Assembly (NCBI GenBank): GCA_043812655.1
Contig: JBDRLW010000030.1
Location: 1 to 64,000, forward strand
Source: a bacterium
GTDB taxonomy: Bacteria; Margulisbacteria; WOR-1; O2-12-FULL-45-9; XYB2-FULL-48-7
Reading direction: 5' to 3'
Length of the DNA: 64,000 bases
Part shown: positions 30,805 to 40,545 of the stretch, in pieces
Layout: each line of letters begins with the position of its first letter
How positions within the stretch are numbered: position 1 is the first letter of the stretch
Program-made: the position numbers and the translations under genes
Notes under the pieces: generated by a model
The model's input: the letters and a program-made list of their open reading frames with translations, nothing else
Database searches by the model: none
What the model was told of the DNA's origin: nothing

Positions 30805-33524
30805 AGCTAAATAAAATAATAGCGGCAATTTTTTTAGCCCTGCTCATTCTTGGCGGAAGCTTTGTCTCTTTGGCCGGGAAAAAAGAAACAGCTCCCAAGA
30901 TCAGCCAACCTTCCCCTAAATGGGGGAAATTTGGCCTCGAGATCAACAACGCTATTGGCAACACTCCCCAGCAAAACCCGAAGATGGTCACAGCTTCGGA
31001 TGGGAACTTCTTGATTGCCTGGGAAGACGGGCGGGGGGGGTTTTCTGGAATATACGTTCAGAAAATTAATTCTTCAGGAGGCAAGCTTTGGGGCAATGAG
31101 GGGCTTCTTGTCAGCAACCTTACCGGCAACCAAACCCTGGCAAATTTAGTTGAAGATGGCCAAGGCGGCTTAATTGTTGCTTGGCAAGATTATAGGAGTG
31201 GAAGCGCCGATATTTACGCCCAACACCTCTCTGCTACTGGATCAAAACTTTGGGGAAATGACGGTTTGCCGGTCTGTACCGCCCCCGCCGGACAATTAGC
31301 CCCAGAACTGACAACCGACGGAACGGGCGGCGCTATTATTACCTGGTACGATTACCGGAGCGGTTCGGGTGAAGACATTTACGCCCAAAGGATCGATGCT
31401 AGCGGCGTTCCTCTTTGGAAATTTAACGGCTTGCCAATTTGCGAAACCGATGGCACTCAATGGTACCCTAAGGTCGCAAGCGATCAACTCGGCGGCGCCA
31501 TTATCGTTTGGACAGATGGGCGAGCCAGCTCTGCGAACAATGATATTATGGCCCAGCGGATCGATAAGAACGGTAAACTTTTGTGGGACAAAGACGGTCT
31601 GCCGATCTGCCAAGCGGGACGAAACCAGGAGCGCCCGATCATTATCGGTGCCGATGACGGCGCTTTTATCGCCTGGAACGACTCAAGAGGAAACGAATCG
31701 TCCATTTACCTTCAAAAAATTTCTTTAGATGGTTCCCCTTTCTGGGAAAAAGATGGCGTTCCCGCTTCGCTTTCTGCCTTTCCCCAGTCATCTCCCAGTT
31801 TGGCGGTTGACGGCGGCGGCGGAGTTATCGTTGCCTGGAGCGATGAACGGGCAGAAGAAGCCGCCATTTATGCCCAGCGATTATCCAACATTGGAAAAAT
31901 TTCTTGGGAGAACAACGGTCGTCTGATTGCTAAATCCTCCGGCAACCAGAGAAACCCTGTAATCGTAAAATTAAATGCGCCAGAATGGCTGGTCGTCTGG
32001 GAAGATTCACTTAAAGATTCTGTCTCCTTATACGCAAAAAAAATTAATGATGCTGGCATCTCTCTTTGGCCGAGCGATAAGGTCCCGCTAGCTTCAAACA
32101 ATAAAACACAGGAAAAAGCCGTCTTAGCAATAACCGCCGATGGAAACATTGGCGTTGTCTGGCAAGACCGCCGGGGCGGTAATTGGGATATTTTTGGGCA
32201 AAAAATCTCAAGTAACGGTACTTTATTATGGCCCGAACCTGGCTTGGTGGTTTGCGCCACTCCCGGGTTTGTTATCCACCAAAATGCAAATATGATCAAC
32301 GCAGGCAAAGGGAACACCATTATAGTATTTGAAGACGCCCGCTCTGGCTATTTAAATATTTATGCCCAAAAAATCAGTTCGGATGGGAAGCTTCTCTGGA
32401 AAAAGAACGCCTTACCGGTTGCCAAGGTTCGAGCCGACCAAAATAATCCTCAATTAGCCAGCGATGGGTCTGGCGGCGTTTTTATCGCTTGGGAAGACAA
32501 GCGTAACGCCGCTTTTCCAAAGATCTATATCCAGCATATTCTAAGCTCCGGCAAAAAAGCCTGGCCGGAAAGCTTTCCCTTATCGGCCGCTGACTCCAAA
32601 CAGGGCCGGCCGCTCATTATTTCCGATGGCGACGGCGGCGCTATTGTTGTTTGGCAAGACGAAAGGAACGCTTTGTCTCTTAAGGACCTATATGGGCAAA
32701 GGATCTCCAGCCAAGGAGGTCTTTTGTGGGGAAGAGCGGGCCTTCTTCTTTGCGGAGAAAATGGCGATCAGGTCGACGCCTCTGTCACTCCCTCTGGCGA
32801 TGGTGGCGTAGTTATGGCTTGGGTTGATTATCGGAGAGGCGACCGCAACCCTGATATTTATACCCAAAAATTTACTAGTACCGGCCAAGCCGCCTGGCAA
32901 AAAGATGGTGTTTTAATTTGCGGCGCGCCCGACGTCCAGCGAACCCCTCAAATAACCAGAGACAAGCAAGGGAATTTTCTTGTTGTTTGGACCGATAAAG
33001 GAAGCGGCAGTTACGATATTTATGGTCAAAAGTTAGGTAAAAGCGGGAATATCCTCTGGATGACGGACGGTGTCCCCCTCAACCAATCCCCCAGAACCCA
33101 GCAAAATCCCCAGTTAAGCCGCCAGGGGATAATTATCTGGGAAGACTACCGTTATGGTAATTGGGATATTTTTGGGAACGCTTTTTCTCCGCAAGGCAAA
33201 TTGTTATGGGGAGACCAAGGCCTTCCCATCGTTAATTCGCCACTTACCCAATACGCTCCGCAAATCGCCGACTGGGGAGCTGGCAACATAATTTTAGTTT
33301 GGGAAGATTATCGCCAAGGAAAACAATATGAGGTCTTAATGCAAATGATAAATAATGAGGGGAAGCCCCTCTGGCAAAATAATGGGGTTTTAATTAAAAC
33401 ATCTGATGGCGCCAGGGCGCCCAAGATCATCACTTTGCCGGAAAACAATTCTTTTGTTGTCGTCTGGGAAGACTACACCAATGGCGGCAAATCCCTCAAC
33501 GGCCAGAAGTTTATTTTAGAATAA
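30801..33524 (+). CDS. Exported repeat protein (probable beta-propellers)
   Basis: Signal peptide; more than 12 repeats of DG.GG..v.W.D.R...DIYAQ.i...G..LW. Confidence 0.8.
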   Translation: MKLNKIIAAIFLALLILGGSFVSLAGKKETAPKISQPSPKWGKFGLEINNAIGNTPQQNPKMVTASDGNFLIAWEDGRGGFSGIYVQKINSSGGKLWGNEGLLVSNLTGNQTLANLVEDGQGGLIVAWQDYRSGSADIYAQHLSATGSKLWGNDGLPVCTAPAGQLAPELTTDGTGGAIITWYDYRSGSGEDIYAQRIDASGVPLWKFNGLPICETDGTQWYPKVASDQLGGAIIVWTDGRASSANNDIMAQRIDKNGKLLWDKDGLPICQAGRNQERPIIIGADDGAFIAWNDSRGNESSIYLQKISLDGSPFWEKDGVPASLSAFPQSSPSLAVDGGGGVIVAWSDERAEEAAIYAQRLSNIGKISWENNGRLIAKSSGNQRNPVIVKLNAPEWLVVWEDSLKDSVSLYAKKINDAGISLWPSDKVPLASNNKTQEKAVLAITADGNIGVVWQDRRGGNWDIFGQKISSNGTLLWPEPGLVVCATPGFVIHQNANMINAGKGNTIIVFEDARSGYLNIYAQKISSDGKLLWKKNALPVAKVRADQNNPQLASDGSGGVFIAWEDKRNAAFPKIYIQHILSSGKKAWPESFPLSAADSKQGRPLIISDGDGGAIVVWQDERNALSLKDLYGQRISSQGGLLWGRAGLLLCGENGDQVDASVTPSGDGGVVMAWVDYRRGDRNPDIYTQKFTSTGQAAWQKDGVLICGAPDVQRTPQITRDKQGNFLVVWTDKGSGSYDIYGQKLGKSGNILWMTDGVPLNQSPRTQQNPQLSRQGIIIWEDYRYGNWDIFGNAFSPQGKLLWGDQGLPIVNSPLTQYAPQIADWGAGNIILVWEDYRQGKQYEVLMQMINNEGKPLWQNNGVLIKTSDGARAPKIITLPENNSFVVVWEDYTNGGKSLNGQKFILE

Positions 33525-33525
33525 T

Positions 33526-33557
33526 ACTAACAAACTAACCGACTAACCAACTTCCCT
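33526..33557. repeat. Degenerate octamer repeat between convergent genes
   Basis: ACTAACAA ACTAACCG ACTAACCA ACTTCCCT. Confidence 0.75.
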
Positions 33558-34752
33558 ACTTCTTCGCTGCCTTCTTCTTCAATTCTGCCGCTTTATCGGT
33601 CTTTTCCCATGGCAGGTCGAGGTCAAGCCGGCCAAAATGGCCGTACGCCGCAACTTGTTTGTAGATCGGCCGACGCAGTTTTAGTTGTTTAATGATCATG
33701 CCGGGTCGCAAGTCAAAGACCTCTCCAATAAGCGCTTCGATCTTCTCGTCAGAAATTTCACCGGTACCAAAAGTATCAACCATGATCGACAGAGGCCTGG
33801 CGATCCCGATCGCGTAGGCAAGTTGAACTTCGCACCTGTCGGCTAATCCGGCGGCAACCACATTTTTCGCTACCCATCTGGCGGCATAAGCGCCGGAGCG
33901 GTCAACCTTTGTTGGATCTTTGCCGGAGAAAGCACCACCACCATGACGTGAATATCCGCCGTAAGTGTCAACAATGATCTTCCGGCCCGTTACGCCAGAA
34001 TCGCCCTGCGGCCCGCCGATCACAAAGCGGCCGGTCGGGTTAACATAATATTTGATCTTGTCATCGATTAAATTTTCCGGCAAGATCGGCAAGATCACTT
34101 TTTCAATGATCTCTTCCCTGATCCTCTTGGTGTCTGTTTCCGGTGAGTGCTGCGCCGCAATTAAAACCGTATGTATTCTTGAGGGTTTCCCATTTGTATA
34201 TTCAACAGTAACCTGTGATTTACCATCCGGCCGCAAATATGCAAGTTCGCCGGTTTTTCTGACTTCCGCCAATTTTTTCGCCAATTTATGGGAGAGAACG
34301 ATCGGTAGCGGCATCAATTCCTTCGTTTCGTTGCAAGCATACCCGAACATCAACCCTTGGTCGCCAGCACCGATCTCCTCCAGGTCTTCTTTGACAACCT
34401 CGCCGCCCCTAATTTCCAAAGCCTTGTCAACCCCTCGAGCTATATCTTTACTTTGTTCTTTAATGGAAACTAAGACGCCGCTGGTTTCGTAGTCAAACCC
34501 GTAAGTCGCACGGGTATAACCGATCTCTTTGATCGTTTCTCTCACGACTTTGGGGATATCAACGTAGCAGCCAGTGGTAACTTCACCGGCGACCAGGCAT
34601 AAGCCATTGGTTACCAGGGTTTCTACCGCCACGCGACCGACCGGATCTTTGGCAATGATCGCGTCAAGTATAGCGTCGGAAATTTGGTCACAGACTTTAT
34701 CGGGGTGTCCCTCGGTCACAGACTCAGAAGTAAACAGATATCCCTTTTTCAT
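33556..34752 (-). CDS. metK: S-adenosylmethionine synthetase
   Basis: [28 protein letters not shown]. Confidence 0.98.
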   Translation of the reverse strand: MKKGYLFTSESVTEGHPDKVCDQISDAILDAIIAKDPVGRVAVETLVTNGLCLVAGEVTTGCYVDIPKVVRETIKEIGYTRATYGFDYETSGVLVSIKEQSKDIARGVDKALEIRGGEVVKEDLEEIGAGDQGLMFGYACNETKELMPLPIVLSHKLAKKLAEVRKTGELAYLRPDGKSQVTVEYTNGKPSRIHTVLIAAQHSPETDTKRIREEIIEKVILPILPENLIDDKIKYYVNPTGRFVIGGPQGDSGVTGRKIIVDTYGGYSRHGGGAFSGKDPTKVDRSGAYAARWVAKNVVAAGLADRCEVQLAYAIGIARPLSIMVDTFGTGEISDEKIEALIGEVFDLRPGMIIKQLKLRRPIYKQVAAYGHFGRLDLDLPWEKTDKAAELKKKAAKK

Positions 34753-34805
34753 CTTTCTTGCCTCCCTCATACGAGCGAATCGACTTAATCAATGAATTTA
34801 AAAAG

Positions 34806-34834
34806 ATTGTAACAAGGTTTGTTTATTTTGTCAA
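34806..34834 (-). promoter_or_regulatory. Sigma70 promoter of metK
   Basis: TTGACA-N17-TACAAT with extended TG. Confidence 0.75.
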
Positions 34835-34847
34835 TCAACCAACGCAG

Positions 34848-34883
34848 CCCTCACCCCCAGCCCCTCTCCCAGGGGGAGAGGGG
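34848..34883. repeat. Pyrimidine/purine-asymmetric palindromic element
   Basis: CCCTCACCCCCAG CCCCTCTCCC AGG GGGAGAGGGG (10-bp stem). Confidence 0.7.
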
Positions 34884-34923
34884 TGGTAAAACATTTGAAA
34901 ATTATTATGTTATAATTATGTCA

Positions 34924-35352
34924 ATGGGAAATCTTAGCGACAATTTTAACCATCGCGATTTTGCTTGCCGCTGCCCGCAATGCCGCGGTGAATACCGGAT
35001 CCATCTGGGCTTAGTCGGCTTGCTCGAAGATGTCGCCTTTCATTTCAGAAAACGGCCGCGCATTATTTCGGCCTTTTTCTGTGAAGCTTATACTGAAACG
35101 CTAAAAAGGGAAAAGATCAGCTACCACACTAAAGGAAAGGCCGTCAACTTTATTCTTGATGGCATTCCCGCCGCCGAAGTTTTCAAATATGTCGAAACGC
35201 TTCCTGGCGTAAACGGCCTCGGTTTTTATCCAGCAGAGAACATGATCCATATTGATACCCGCCCGCCGGAGAAAAAGGAAGTTTGGATCAAGGAAAAGGG
35301 CAAGTATTCCTCGCTCACCTCTGACAAAAAAGCTCAATACGGTTTAGGATAA
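34924..35352 (+). CDS. Peptidase M15A-like protein
   Basis: LSDNF...DFACRC, SYHTKGKAVN, GLGFY...IHID. Confidence 0.75.
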   Translation: MGNLSDNFNHRDFACRCPQCRGEYRIHLGLVGLLEDVAFHFRKRPRIISAFFCEAYTETLKREKISYHTKGKAVNFILDGIPAAEVFKYVETLPGVNGLGFYPAENMIHIDTRPPEKKEVWIKEKGKYSSLTSDKKAQYGLG

Positions 35353-36252
35353 ATGGCTAATGACGAACACCGAATGACGAATGATGATACTATTCGGAAA
35401 TATATAAACCACCTCAAAAACGAGCGGAACTACTCGCCGCATACATTAAGCAACTACCAGCGCGATTTAATTTTTCTCGAGACCTTCCTAAAAAACAAAA
35501 AACTTGATCGTTTAGCCGCCAGGGAATATTTAATTGAGTTGGAAAAAAAGAAATATTCACGCCGTTCGATCGCGCGCAAACTTTCCGCCGCCAGGTCATA
35601 TTACCGTTATCTCCTAAGGGAAAAAAAGATAGAAATTAATCCATTTGAAAATCTTTTAACGCCAAAGCTCCCCAAAAGACTCCCAAACTTTCTTTACCCG
35701 GAAGAAATAAAGCCCTTGCTCGACGCCCCTAATTTAAAAACACCGATCGGCCAGCGAGATCAAGCCGTCCTTGAAGTAATATATGGTACAGGTATTCGGG
35801 TTAAAGAAGTTGTTGGCTTAAATGGTAACGACATCGACTTTAATGAGGGAGAAATAAAGGTCTTCGGTAAGGGCTCCAAAGAGCGGATCGTTGTTTTTGG
35901 CTCTCATGCCTTGAGCGCGTTAAATAAATATCGTAATGAAGCCAGGGGAAAACTTCTCTCCGGACAAAAGAACAATGCTTTCTTTCTTGGCCGCCGCGGT
36001 TCGCGCCTTTCTGCCCGGCAAATTGAAAGGATGATCCATTTTTACGCCAAAAAAGCTGGGATAGCTAAAAAAGTTACCCCCCACACCCTCCGCCATTCCT
36101 TTGCCACTCATCTTTTAGAAGGCGGCGCCGACCTGCGGATGGTCCAGGAGCTCTTGGGTCATGTTTCATTATCGACAACCCAAGTCTATACTCACGTCAC
36201 TAAAGAACGGCTGAAAAAAGTCTACGACCTTGCCCACCCTCGGGCAAAATGA
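35353..36252 (+). CDS. xerC: Tyrosine recombinase XerC/XerD
   Basis: R-K-HxxR-H-Y residues (GIRV, GKGSK, HTLRH, LLGH, TQVY), AHPRA terminus. Confidence 0.9.
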   Translation: MANDEHRMTNDDTIRKYINHLKNERNYSPHTLSNYQRDLIFLETFLKNKKLDRLAAREYLIELEKKKYSRRSIARKLSAARSYYRYLLREKKIEINPFENLLTPKLPKRLPNFLYPEEIKPLLDAPNLKTPIGQRDQAVLEVIYGTGIRVKEVVGLNGNDIDFNEGEIKVFGKGSKERIVVFGSHALSALNKYRNEARGKLLSGQKNNAFFLGRRGSRLSARQIERMIHFYAKKAGIAKKVTPHTLRHSFATHLLEGGADLRMVQELLGHVSLSTTQVYTHVTKERLKKVYDLAHPRAK

Positions 36253-36263
36253 TATAATTGATC

Positions 36264-36686
36264 GTGAAGATCGATTTAACGGAACTCCTGCGCCGAGTAG
36301 GCAATGATGCCGAGTTTGAGCGGGAAGTGACGGTCAGTTTCCCGGAAGACGGCTTAATTTTAACCAAGCCTGTTAAAGTCACGGCTCATTTGCTTAATAC
36401 CGGGACATCGGTCCTGATCCGTGGAAAGTTTGAAACAGAAGCCGAGCTGGAATGTGCCAGGTGTACCAAGAAATTTCGTGCTCCCCTGTCCTGTAGGATA
36501 AACGAGGAGTATTCGAAAGAGCCTCCGGCAACCCCGAAAGGGAAAAAAGATTACGAGTTAAAAGAGGAAGATTTTGTCTATTCATTTGGCCCGGACAATG
36601 TCCTTGACCTGGATGAAGTGATTAGGCAAGATCTTTTATTAGCGTTACCGATCAAACCGTTATGTGAAGATGAAGATAATAATTAG
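36264..36686 (+). CDS. yceD: YceD/DUF177 family protein
   Basis: ECARC, LALPIKPLC; directly upstream of rpmF. Confidence 0.9.
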   Translation: MKIDLTELLRRVGNDAEFEREVTVSFPEDGLILTKPVKVTAHLLNTGTSVLIRGKFETEAELECARCTKKFRAPLSCRINEEYSKEPPATPKGKKDYELKEEDFVYSFGPDNVLDLDEVIRQDLLLALPIKPLCEDEDNN

Positions 36687-36697
36687 GAGGAAATAAG

Positions 36698-36907
36698 ATG
36701 CCAGTACCGAAAAAGCGACACTCAAATATTAGACAAGGAAAAAGACGGTTTTCTAACTACCGCCTTAAAGGTTTAAACCTGAGCAAATGTCCCGCTTGCG
36801 GCGCTCCAACCATGCCGCACCGGGCTTGTTCCGCTTGTGGCAACTATGATGGCAGGGTTGCAGTTAAAATAAAGACCAAGAAAAAAGGAAAAAAGGATAC
36901 TAAATAG
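36698..36907 (+). CDS. rpmF: 50S ribosomal protein L32 (zinc-binding form)
   Basis: MPVPKKRHS, CPACG..PHRACSACG. Confidence 0.96.
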   Translation: MPVPKKRHSNIRQGKRRFSNYRLKGLNLSKCPACGAPTMPHRACSACGNYDGRVAVKIKTKKKGKKDTK

Positions 36908-37893
36908 TGATCCGGATCGCTCTAGACGCCATGGGGGGCGACCACGCTCCCGCGGAAATCGTAAAAGGCGCAGTTCTCGCGGCCAAGGAGTTTTCAGTCG
37001 AGATTATTCTTGTCGGGGATAAAGGCAAATTAGAAGCCGAGCTCTCAATCTATCATGCTCCTCCCTCAATTTCTATTGCTCCTTCGACTGAAGTTATCAC
37101 CAACGATGAATCACCAGTCTTGGCCGTTAAACAAAAGAAAAACTCCTCATTAAATGTCGCTGTTTCTTTGGTTAAAAATAAAAAAGCCGACGCCGTCGTC
37201 TCGGCTGGCAATACCGGAGCCTTAATGACCGCCGGGCTCTTCGGCTTAGGCAGGGTCCCAGGCGTCGAAAGGCCAGCGATCGCTGCTGTTTTCCCAACCC
37301 CCCTAGGCCCTGTTTTACTGCTTGATATGGGGGCCAATGTCGATTGCAAACCAAAACATCTGGAACAATTTGGCAAGATGGGCTCTTTATACGCCGAACA
37401 TGTGATGCACAAAAATAACCCCCGGGTCGGGCTGCTTAACATCGGCGAAGAAAAAGAAAAAGGAAATCAGCTGGCGATCGAAAGCTGGCCCTTACTTAAA
37501 GAAGCTAAAATTAATTTTATCGGCAACGTTGAAGCCAAAGAAATCTTATCAGGCAAGGTCGACGTGATCGTCTGTGATGGCTTTGTCGGCAATCTGATCC
37601 TTAAGTTCGGCGAATCGATCAGCGCCTTTATCGTGGCCCTGCTCAAAAAAGAATTAGCCAAAAATATTATTACCAAGTTTGCCGCCTTTTTACTCCTGCC
37701 GGCACTTTCGAATATTAAAAAAAGCGTTGACTATGATGAAGCGGGGGGAGCGCCAATGCTCGGAATTAATGGTATAGTATTCAAGGCTCATGGCCGGGCC
37801 AAAGCCAAGGCCATTAAAAACGCGATCAGGGTCGCCTCCCTGGCGGCAGAAGAAGATTTAGTTGGATGCATCTCAAAACTAGAGCTAAAATAA
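36907..37893 (+). CDS. plsX: Phosphate acyltransferase PlsX
   Basis: DAMGGDHAP, SAGNTGA, CDGFVGN. Confidence 0.97.
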   Translation: MIRIALDAMGGDHAPAEIVKGAVLAAKEFSVEIILVGDKGKLEAELSIYHAPPSISIAPSTEVITNDESPVLAVKQKKNSSLNVAVSLVKNKKADAVVSAGNTGALMTAGLFGLGRVPGVERPAIAAVFPTPLGPVLLLDMGANVDCKPKHLEQFGKMGSLYAEHVMHKNNPRVGLLNIGEEKEKGNQLAIESWPLLKEAKINFIGNVEAKEILSGKVDVIVCDGFVGNLILKFGESISAFIVALLKKELAKNIITKFAAFLLLPALSNIKKSVDYDEAGGAPMLGINGIVFKAHGRAKAKAIKNAIRVASLAAEEDLVGCISKLELK

Positions 37894-38846
37894 TTGGGGT
37901 CGGGTCAGCCCTCCCCAGCAATATTGTCACTAACGACGATCTGTCAAAAACCGTTGACACGTCTGACGAGTGGATAAGGACTCGAACCGGTATCTGCGAA
38001 CGACGGGTTTCCGACCCGGAAACCGCCACCTCTGATCTCGCCAGGCTGGCAGCAGAAAAAGCTATTGCTTCCGCCAAAATAGCCGCGACCGATCTTGATC
38101 TTATTATAGTAGGGACCACTTCCCCCGACACCCTCTTTCCCTCCGTTGCTTGTCTTGTCCAAGATAAGCTAGGGGCAGTTAATGCTGCCGCCTTCGATGT
38201 TTCGGCCGCCTGTGCGGGTTTTAATCACGCCCTAACCGTTGCTTCTAGTTTTATTGAAAATGCCACCTATAAGAACATTCTCGTAATCGGCGCGGATACG
38301 TTAACTAAATATCTTGATTGGAACGATCGCGGCACCTGTGTTTTGTTTGGCGATGGCGCGGGGGCAGTTGTTTTAACCGCCTCAAACGATGGGTCCGGCA
38401 TTTTAGCCAGCTGGCTCAAGGCTGAAGGTAATCTTAGCCACACCCTAGTAATGCCGGGTGGAGGGTCAAAGGATCCCGAAGCAAAAAACGGACGCTTTAT
38501 TAGAATGGACGGCAAAGAAGTCTTCAGGTTCGCGGTTCGGGCGCTTGAAGAATCGGTTCGTGAAGTCATGAAAAAAGCTAATGTTACGGTCGAAGACGTA
38601 AACCTCTTGATCCCTCACCAAGCTAACACCAGGATCATCGACCACGTTATCAAAAAAATGGGATTGCCTAAAGAAAAGATTTATGTTAATCTCCATAAGT
38701 ACGGAAACACCTCGGCCGCTTCAATCCCTATTGCACTCGACGAAGCGCTGGCCGATGGGAAAATAAAAAAGAACGATATTATCGTCCTGTCTGGTTTTGG
38801 CGCCGGCCTAACTTGCGGGGCGAATGTTATTAAATGGGGGGTATAA
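37866..38846 (+). CDS. fabH: Beta-ketoacyl-ACP synthase III
   Basis: AACAGF, PHQAN, YGNTSAAS. Confidence 0.97.
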   Translation: MHLKTRAKIIGVGSALPSNIVTNDDLSKTVDTSDEWIRTRTGICERRVSDPETATSDLARLAAEKAIASAKIAATDLDLIIVGTTSPDTLFPSVACLVQDKLGAVNAAAFDVSAACAGFNHALTVASSFIENATYKNILVIGADTLTKYLDWNDRGTCVLFGDGAGAVVLTASNDGSGILASWLKAEGNLSHTLVMPGGGSKDPEAKNGRFIRMDGKEVFRFAVRALEESVREVMKKANVTVEDVNLLIPHQANTRIIDHVIKKMGLPKEKIYVNLHKYGNTSAASIPIALDEALADGKIKKNDIIVLSGFGAGLTCGANVIKWGV

Positions 38847-38850
38847 GTAA

Positions 38851-40011
38851 ATGTTAGATTATCTTTTGTCCGAAGAAGAATTAATGATCAGGGATTTGGC
38901 CAGAAAGGTAGCCAGGGAAAAAGTCCTGCCAAAGAGGGCCGAATGGGACGAAACAGGCGAATTTCCCTGGGAGGCCCTCAAGGCCTTTTCCGCCGCTGAC
39001 CTCTGCGGCCTTTATATCCCTGAAGAATACGGCGGGATGGGCCAAAAGGTTTTCAATTTCTGCTTAGCCACCGAAGAGATCAGCCGGGTTTGTGGCGGCG
39101 TTGGCGTTACATTTGCCGCTTCGGCCTTGGGCTCAACTCCTATCCTCCTATTTGGCACGCCTGAACAAAAGAAAAAATATATGCCAGAGATCGCGGCAGG
39201 GAAAAAATTGGCTGCCTTTGGTTTAACGGAAGCCAATGCAGGCTCTGACGCGGCTGGTATGGAAACAACCGCGAAAAAAGACGGAGATTATTTTATCCTC
39301 AACGGGACCAAGCAGTGGATCACCAATGGAGGTGAAGCTGAAACCTATTCCGTTATTGCCATTAGCGATAAAACTAAAGGGGCCAGAGGCGCCACCGCCT
39401 TTATCGTTGAAAAAGGAACCCCAGGTTTTACCTTTGGTAAAAAAGAGAACAAAATGGGTATCCGTTGTTCCGCCACCAGAGAGTTAGTTTTCCAAGATTG
39501 CAAGGTCCACAAGAGCCAGATCTTAGGCAAAGAAGGAATGGGCTTTATCGTGGCGATGAAGACCTTAGACTTAACCCGTCCAGGGATTGGCGCTCAAGCA
39601 GTTGGGATCGCTCAAGGAGCGCTCGATGAAGCGATCAAATATGCCAAAGAAAGAGTCCAATTTGGTAAACCAATCATCTCTCTCCAAGCAATTCAACATA
39701 TGCTGGCCGATATGGCGACCCAAACTGAAGCCGCCAGAGCTTTGGTTTACTCCTGTGCCAGGATGATCGATGCGGGGCATAAAGATTACACTCTGCCAGC
39801 TTCCGAAGCTAAGCTTTTCGCCTCGGACACAGCGATGAAGGTCACTATCGACTCCATTCAAATCCTTGGAGGATATGGCTATATGAAAGAATATCCCGTG
39901 GAAAAAATGGCCCGGGACGCCAAGATCACCCAGATCTACGAGGGGACCAACCAGATCCAGCGTAACCAGATCGGCTTGGCGCTAATCAAGGAAAGCGTTT
40001 CGAATAAGTAA
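38851..40011 (+). CDS. Acyl-CoA dehydrogenase (butyryl-CoA dehydrogenase-like)
   Basis: FGLTEANAGSD, GTKQWITNG, GGYGY, QIYEGTNQIQ. Confidence 0.94.
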   Translation: MLDYLLSEEELMIRDLARKVAREKVLPKRAEWDETGEFPWEALKAFSAADLCGLYIPEEYGGMGQKVFNFCLATEEISRVCGGVGVTFAASALGSTPILLFGTPEQKKKYMPEIAAGKKLAAFGLTEANAGSDAAGMETTAKKDGDYFILNGTKQWITNGGEAETYSVIAISDKTKGARGATAFIVEKGTPGFTFGKKENKMGIRCSATRELVFQDCKVHKSQILGKEGMGFIVAMKTLDLTRPGIGAQAVGIAQGALDEAIKYAKERVQFGKPIISLQAIQHMLADMATQTEAARALVYSCARMIDAGHKDYTLPASEAKLFASDTAMKVTIDSIQILGGYGYMKEYPVEKMARDAKITQIYEGTNQIQRNQIGLALIKESVSNK

Positions 40012-40013
40012 GA

Positions 40014-40202
40014 ATGAGCCCTATATTAAAACTAAAGAAGCCTAATGAAAATAAAGAGATCCAGTTTGAGCTTGATTATTTATCGTCTACTTCCTATCAT
40101 GCCCGCTTGGAAATAATGCTCAAGGCGTCAAAGCATGCCTTATCGGTGTTAATAAAAAATGGGCATCTAAAACCTTCTGAAATTATTAAACGCAAAAAAT
40201 GA
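40014..40202 (+). CDS. Small hypothetical protein (possible partner of a nucleotidyltransferase)
   Basis: 62-aa ORF starting 2 nt after the dehydrogenase stop. Confidence 0.5.
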   Translation: MSPILKLKKPNENKEIQFELDYLSSTSYHARLEIMLKASKHALSVLIKNGHLKPSEIIKRKK

Positions 40203-40264
40203 AAAAGGCGGCTGGCCGAGAAAAAGATAAAGAAGATTTGAAGTACCTCAAGAAATTAAAATAA
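40159..40264 (+). pseudogene. Internally deleted nucleotidyltransferase-like remnant
   Basis: MGI*NLLKLLNAK (40159) followed out of frame by MKKAAGREKDKEDLKYLKKLK* (40199-40264), which resembles the K...GR.KD..D C-terminus of small nucleotidyltransferases. Confidence 0.55.
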
Positions 40265-40545
40265 ATATTTTTTGACTAAGAGCCCCCTCCGCTGATAAAG
40301 TTTCCATTTTTAGTCCAAACATGGAATAAGTGCTTCTAATTTTGGACTTATCCTTCTCTAGGTGGACAAGAGTCACTCAGCAGAGACGGCATATCGATTG
40401 AGCCAACTAAAACATTTCTAATAAGATTTAACTAATTATAGAGAGCGTTTCAAGCAATCAACAATTTCGATTATTAAAATTAAAGAAGCCAACTGTAGTT
40501 TAACAATCAGCTTTCAAGCGCTATCTTTTTGTTTAGGCTACGTCA

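Noticed and set aside
34753..34805. SAM riboswitch upstream of metK
   Set aside because: The predicted leader is under 50 nt and I see no SAM-I, SAM-II or SMK consensus.
35353..36252. Phage or island integrase
   Set aside because: XerC/D-like length and C-terminus, housekeeping context, no att repeats seen.
40282..40390. Hammerhead ribozyme
   Set aside because: CTGAGTGA does not match CUGANGA and stem I is missing.
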